Of a DNA stretch of 64,000 nucleotides, positions 56,573-64,000 are shown piece after piece. How positions within the stretch are numbered: position 1 is the first letter of the stretch; each line of letters opens with the position of its first letter. The stretch covers positions 55,552,001 to 55,616,000 of the forward strand of contig OZ024748.1 of the NCBI GenBank assembly GCA_964016885.1, read 5' to 3'. Below the pieces are notes generated by a model. That model was not told where the DNA came from. It did no database searches and worked only from the letters and a program-made list of their open reading frames with translations. Origin of the DNA: Eledone cirrhosa. Its lineage: Eukaryota. A program made the position numbers and the translations under genes.

Positions 56573-56814
56573 TATATATATATATATAGTATATATATAT
56601 ATATATAGTATATATATATATATATATATATAGTATATATATATATAGTATAAACATATATATATATAGTATAAATATAAATATATATAGTATATATATA
56701 TATATAGTATATATATATATATATATAGTATATATATATATATATATAGTATATATATATATATATATAGTATATATATATATATATATATAGTATATAT
56801 ATATATATATATAG

Positions 56815-56846
<32 letters not shown>

Positions 56847-57478
56847 ATAAGTATATATATATATATATATAGTATATATATATAGTATATATATATATAG
56901 TATATATATATATATATATATATAGTATATATATATATATATATATATATAGTATATAGTATATATAGTATATATATATAGTATATATATATATATATAG
57001 TATATATATATAGTATATATATATAGTATATATATATAGTATATATATATATATAGTATATATATATAGTATATATATATAGTATATATATATATAGTAT
57101 ATAGTATATAGTATATATATATAGTATATATATATAGTATATAGTATATATATATAGTATATATATATATAGTATATGTATATATAGTATATATATATAT
57201 ATATATATATAGTATATATATATATATATAGTATATATATATAGTATATATATATATATATAGTATATATATATATAGTATATATATATAGTATATATAT
57301 ATATATATATATATATAGTATATATATATATATAGTATATATATATAGTATATATATATAGTATATATATATAGTATATATATATAGTATATATATATAT
57401 AGTATATATATATAGTATATATATATAGTATATATATATAGTATATATATATAGTATATATATATATATATATATATA

Positions 57479-57555
<77 letters not shown>

Positions 57556-57699
57556 TATATATATATATATATATGTGAATATAGACATAGAATATTCGAA
57601 AATATTCTGTATGTTTATCATAAACATTTTGAAGACCTAATCGCTATAGAATAGAATACGTCACGTATTACAATTAGATTCTCGATAAAAGCAAGGGAA

Positions 57700-57742
57700 G
57701 TAATCTACGCGTTTCATTCTTGTTAGAAATCTTCAGGACTAC
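57700..57742 (-). ncRNA. Type I hammerhead ribozyme (inverted copy)
   Basis: Exact reverse complement of 57894-57936. Confidence 0.8.
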
Positions 57743-57893
57743 ATATCCAGTGCTTTTATCGCTATTTCAGAGCATTGATTCCAATTTCTAATTTCTGCCG
57801 GACCGGCAACCGCTCTTTCAAACCAGTTCCTGTACACAGCTAAGTATTCTATAAGTCTCTAGCTGTGTCATTCTCGATAAAAGCACTGGATAT

Positions 57894-57936
57894 GTAGTCC
57901 TGAAGATTTCTAACAAGAATGAAACGCGTAGATTAC
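57894..57936 (+). ncRNA. Type I hammerhead ribozyme, unit 1
   Basis: GUAGUC CUGAAGA U UUCU-AACA-AGAA U GAAA CGCG UA GAUUAC; predicted cut after 57930. Confidence 0.85.
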
Positions 57937-58203
57937 TTCCCTTGCTTTTATCGAGAATCTAATTGTAATACGTGACGTATTCTATTCTATAGCGATTAGG
58001 TCTTCAAAATGTTTATTATAAACATACAGAATATTTTCGAATATTCTATGTCTATATTCACATATATATCGCTATTTCAGAGCATTGATTCCAATTTCTA
58101 ATTTCTGCCGGACCGGCAACCGCTCTTTCAAACCAGTTCCTGTACACAGCTAAGTATTCTATAAGTCTCTAGCTGTGTCATTCTCGATAAAAGCACTGGA
58201 TAT

Positions 58204-58246
58204 GTAGTCCTGAAGATTTCTAACAAGAATGAAACGCGTAGATTAC
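58204..58246 (+). ncRNA. Type I hammerhead ribozyme, unit 2
   Basis: Identical to unit 1; predicted cut after 58240. Confidence 0.85.
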
Positions 58247-58513
58247 TTCCCTTGCTTTTATCGAGAATCTAATTGTAATACGTGACGTATTCTATTCTAT
58301 AGCGATTAGGTCTTCAAAATGTTTATTATAAACATACAGAATATTTTCGAATATTCTATGTCTATATTCACATATATATCGCTATTTCAGAGCATTGATT
58401 CCAATTTCTAATTTCTGCCGGACCGGCAACCGCTCTTTCAAACCAGTTCCTGTACACAGCTAAGTATTCTATAAGTCTCTAGCTGTGTCATTCTCGATAA
58501 AAGCACTGGATAT

Positions 58514-58556
58514 GTAGTCCTGAAGATTTCTAACAAGAATGAAACGCGTAGATTAC
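58514..58556 (+). ncRNA. Type I hammerhead ribozyme, unit 3
   Basis: Identical to unit 1; predicted cut after 58550. Confidence 0.85.
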
Positions 58557-58823
58557 TTCCCTTGCTTTTATCGAGAATCTAATTGTAATACGTGACGTAT
58601 TCTATTCTATAGCGATTAGGTCTTCAAAATGTTTATTATAAACATACAGAATATTTTCGAATATTCTATGTCTATATTCACATATATATCGCTATTTCAG
58701 AGCATTGATTCCAATTTCTAATTTCTGCCGGACCGGCAACCGCTCTTTCAAACCAGTTCCTGTACACAGCGAAGTATTCTATAAGTCTCTAGCTGTGTCA
58801 TTCTCGATAAAAGCACTGGATAT

Positions 58824-58866
58824 GTAGTCCTGAAGATTTCTAACAAGAATGAAACGCGTAGATTAC
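58824..58866 (+). ncRNA. Type I hammerhead ribozyme, unit 4
   Basis: Identical core; predicted cut after 58860. Confidence 0.85.
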
Positions 58867-59133
58867 TTCCCTTGCTTTTATCGAGAATCTAATTGTAATA
58901 CGTGACGTATTCTATTCTATAGCGATTAGGTCTTCAAAATGTTTATTATAAACATACAGAATATTTTCGAATATTCTATGTCTATATTCACATATATATC
59001 ACTATTTCAGAGCATTGATTCCAATTTCTAATTTCTGCCGGACCGGCAACCGCTCTTTCAAACCAGTTCCTGTACACAGCGAAGTATTCTATAAGTCTCT
59101 AGCTGTGTCATTCTCGATAAAAGCACTGGATAT

Positions 59134-59176
59134 GTAGTCCTGAAGATTTCTAACAAGAATGAAACGCGTAGATTAC
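59134..59176 (+). ncRNA. Type I hammerhead ribozyme, unit 5
   Basis: Identical core; predicted cut after 59170; C>A change just downstream (GATTACTTAC). Confidence 0.85.
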
Positions 59177-59356
59177 TTACCTTGCTTTTATCGAGAATCT
59201 AATTGTAATACGTGACGTATTCTATTCTATAGCGATTAGGTCTTCAAAATGTTTATTATAAACATACAGAATATTTTCGAATATTCTATGTCTATATTCA
59301 AATATATATCGCTATTTCAGAGCATTGATTCCAATATATATATATAGATATATATA

Positions 59357-59444
<88 letters not shown>

Positions 59445-59586
59445 TATATATATATATATAGTATATATATATATAGTATATATATATATAGTATATATAT
59501 ATATATAGTATATATATATAGTATATATATATAGTATATATATAGTATATATATATATAGTATATATATAGTAATATTATATATAG

Positions 59587-59617
<31 letters not shown>

Positions 59618-59667
59618 TATATATATATATAGTATATATATATAGTATATATATATAGTATATATAG

Positions 59668-59704
<37 letters not shown>

Positions 59705-59776
59705 TATATATATATATATATAGTATATATATATATATATATTATATATATATATAATATATATATAGTATATATA

Positions 59777-59960
<184 letters not shown>

Positions 59961-60032
59961 GTATATATATATATATATTATATATATATATATATATTAT
60001 ATATATATATAATATTATATATATATATATAT

Positions 60033-60064
<32 letters not shown>

Positions 60065-60132
60065 ATATATATATAGTATATATATATATATATATAGTAT
60101 ATATATATATATTATATATATATATATAATAA

Positions 60133-60320
60133 GGGCGGTGGATTGGCAGTATCGGTAGAGGGTCGGACGCCATGCTTTCAGCATAGTTACGTCCCTTTAC
60201 GATCTGAGTTCAAATCCCGCCGAGGTTGACTTTGCCTTTCATCCTTACGGGGTCGATAAAATAAAGTACCAGTAATGCACTGGGTAATTGCTGGCCTTGT
60301 GCCTAAAGTAGAAACAATTA
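60133..60320 (+). mobile_element. SINE family A, intact reference copy
   Basis: tRNA-like head with A-box-like TGGCAGTATCGG and B-box GAGTTCAAATCC, conserved core GCCTTTCATCCTTACGGGGTCGATAAAATAAAGTACCAG, 3' end GTAGAAACAATT. Confidence 0.95.
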
Positions 60321-60349
60321 TAAATATATATATATATTATATATATATA

Positions 60350-60391
<42 letters not shown>

Positions 60392-60513
60392 GTATATATA
60401 TATATATAGTATATATATATATATATATAGTATATATATATATATATATATATAGTATATATATATATATATATATATAGTATATATATATATATATATA
60501 TTCTATATATATA

Positions 60514-60562
<49 letters not shown>

Positions 60563-60742
60563 ATATATAGTATATATATATATATTATATATATATATAT
60601 AGTATATATATATTATATATATATATATAGTATATATATATATAATATATATATATATACTATATATATATATATATAGTATATATATATATATTATATA
60701 TATATATAGTATATATATATAATATATATATATACTATATAT

Positions 60743-60856
<114 letters not shown>

Positions 60857-60868
60857 ATATATATATAT

Positions 60869-60902
<34 letters not shown>

Positions 60903-61101
60903 GAATATATATATATATATATATATATAGAATATATATATATATATATATATATATACTATATATATATATATATATATATATACTATATATATATATA
61001 TACTATATATATATATATATATATACTATATATATATATATATATACTATATATATATATATATACTATATATATATATATATACTATATATATATATAT
61101 A

Positions 61102-61135
<34 letters not shown>

Positions 61136-61175
61136 TATATATATATATATATACTATATATATAATATATATATA

Positions 61176-61235
<60 letters not shown>

Positions 61236-61243
61236 ATATATAT

Positions 61244-61292
<49 letters not shown>

Positions 61293-61310
61293 TATATATA
61301 TATATATATA

Positions 61311-61343
<33 letters not shown>

Positions 61344-61719
61344 CTATATATATATACTATATATATATACTATATATATATATATATACTATATATATAT
61401 ATATATATATACTATATATATATATACTATATATATACTATATATATATATATATATATATATACTATATATATACTATATATATATATATATACTATAT
61501 ATATATATATACTATATATATATATATATAGTATATATATATATATAGTATATATATATATAGTATATATATATATATATAGTATATATATATATATATA
61601 GTATATATATATATAGTATATATATATATAGTATATATATATATAGTATATTCATATATATATAGTATATATATATATATATAGTATATATATATATATA
61701 TACTATATATATATATATA

Positions 61720-61755
<36 letters not shown>

Positions 61756-61812
61756 TATATATATCTATATAGTATATCTATATAGTATATCTATATAGTA
61801 TATATATATATA

Positions 61813-61865
<53 letters not shown>

Positions 61866-62560
61866 TCTATATATATCTATATAGTATATCTATATAGTAT
61901 ATCTATATAGTATATCTATATATAGTATATATATATATAGTATATATATATATATATAGTGCATATATAGTTTTATATATATATAAAGTGGGTATATATA
62001 TAGTGTGTATTTATATATATAAAGTGGGTATATATATAGTGTGTATTTATATATATTGTGTGTGTATATTTATATAGTGTTTATATATATATATTGTGTA
62101 TATATATATAGTGTGTATATATATATAGTGTTTATATATATATATTTTGTGTATATATATATATTTAGTGTGTAGAAATATATAGTGTATATATATATTT
62201 TGTATATATATATATATATATTGTATATATATATATATTGTATATATATATATATAGTGTGTATATATATATAGTGTGTGTATATATATATAGTGTGTGT
62301 ATATATATATATAGTGTGTATATATATATATAGTGTGTGTATATATATATATAGTGTGTGTATATATATATAGTGTGTGTGTATATATATATAGTGTGTA
62401 TATATATATATAGTGTGTGTATATATATATAGTGTGTGTGTATATATATATAGTGTGTATATATATATATTTTGTGTATATGTATATATTTAGTGTGTAG
62501 AAATATATAATGTGTGTATATATATATATATTGTGTATATATATATTTAGTGTGTTTATG

Positions 62561-62605
<45 letters not shown>

Positions 62606-63029
62606 CATAGTGTTTATATATATATAGTGTTTATATATATATAGTGTTTATATATAGTGTTTATATATAGTGTTCATATATATATAGTGTATATATATAT
62701 ATGTATGTATGTATGCATATATATATATGCATACACTGTATGTATGTATGTATGTATGTATGCATATATATATATGCATACACTGTATGTATGTATGTAT
62801 GCATATATATATGCATACACTGTATGTATGTATGTATGTATGTATGTATGTATGTATGTATGTATGTATAGATATATGCATACACTGTATATATATATAT
62901 TTATGTATATATATATATATGCATACACTGTATATATGTATGTATATATATATATATGCATATACACTGTATATATAAATACACACACATATATATATAT
63001 ATACTGCAGACGACACAGGCATAAAATAA

Positions 63030-63082
<53 letters not shown>

Positions 63083-63755
63083 CGTATTCACATAAACAAT
63101 GAATGTATATGTGAGAGTGTGTATATATATATACATATATATATATTATACATATACATTCATTGTATATATGAATACGTATATATATATATAATATATA
63201 TATATATATATACTTGTTTTATGTCTGTGTCGTCTGCAGTAACATCACACCCATTGCAAATTACCGTTTTCCTCCTGTCTCTCTCTTGTTCCCATTTAAT
63301 GCTTTTATTGGAATAATGTCTATGTATGTGCCAACTCCACTCAATTCCAGCAGACACATCACATTAGAAACACAAACTGAACAATTCTACTAGGAATGAA
63401 ATAGAATCAATTAAAGAGAAATGTAAGATTATTAAAAAGATAAAACATATATACATATATACATTATAAATCAAAAAGAAAATTTGCAATTGATAAATGC
63501 ATTTAGGCTAATACAAAATGGTTTTTAAGAAAGAAAATTGCACTTAGTATTAATGTGTTTATAACAATGCATTCTTCTATAATGAAATATGTATATAACT
63601 GAGTTTATATAAGTATATGATGCATGATTCGATAGGAGATAATATCTGATCCATGAATCTATTTATCATATATCTATATATCGAAATAACAGATTAAACA
63701 TTCAGACGCGAACAAACAATCATATATGTATATATATCAGTATGATTTATATATA

Positions 63756-63949
63756 CGAAGGTGGGCTGAAAGTTTCATGGGTTGACATTGTAAGCCTGAT
63801 GTTAGGGCTGTGAAAATTTGCATGCATTAATTTCAAATCTTCTTATTGATAATTGCATTGTTTCTTCCCGGGACCATGTTCACAATAAAGCTCAGATGAT
63901 CGTTCAATGAGTATCCTGCTCAACCTCCGAACTTTTCAGTCGACCCTCG
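63756..63949. mobile_element. mariner-derived MITE
   Basis: TIRs CGAAGGTGGGCTGAAAGTTTC and GAACTTTTCAGTCGACCCTCG; TA on the left flank. Confidence 0.7.
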
Positions 63950-64000
63950 TCTCTCTCTGTGTGTGTGTGTGTGTATTCATACATACATACACACACACAC

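Larger units (their letters stand above)
57566..59335 (+). mobile_element. Retrozyme-like / Penelope pLTR-like element: inverted partial copy plus 5 x 310-bp tandem array
   Basis: Unit starts (G/A)CTATTTCAG at 57761, 58071, 58381, 58691, 59001 and 59311 (partial); 57566-57761 is the reverse complement of 57875-58069; one hammerhead per unit. Confidence 0.8.

Noticed and set aside
56254-57627. 457-aa ORF, plus the 378-aa ORF at 34101-35237 and other YI/CV/HT/ER-rich ORFs
   Set aside because: Translations of dinucleotide microsatellites that happen to lack stop codons; no coding signal.
60133-60215. tRNA gene
   Set aside because: A/B-box-like motifs are present, but there is no cloverleaf and it continues into a multi-copy SINE body.

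Overview
AT-rich, repeat-saturated eukaryotic non-coding DNA (intergenic or intronic). The SINE families and the (TA)n/(CA)n/(CT)n/(AAT)n load suggest an octopod cephalopod; this is inference. No intact host gene is supported, and almost all long ORFs in the track are microsatellite read-throughs. Recognisable content: one near-full-length but frameshifted RTE LINE (23546-27388); a rearranged Tx1/L1-like LINE; 3' fragments of RLE-type (R4/Dong-like and CRE-like), RTE and CR1/Jockey-group LINEs; a Penelope-like GIY-YIG fragment; about 16 copies of one tRNA-derived SINE; hAT, pogo/Tc2 and mariner MITEs or remnants; and a ~7.5 kb TA-rich satellite block. The main finding lies inside that block: a near-identical 5 x 310-bp tandem array, preceded by an inverted partial copy, in which every unit folds by eye into a type I hammerhead ribozyme. 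This is the architecture of a retrozyme or Penelope pseudo-LTR and predicts a 310-nt, possibly circular, RNA. Several unrelated hammerhead motifs and HDV-like ribozyme remnants occur elsewhere. All folds were made by eye and none has been tested computationally or experimentally.
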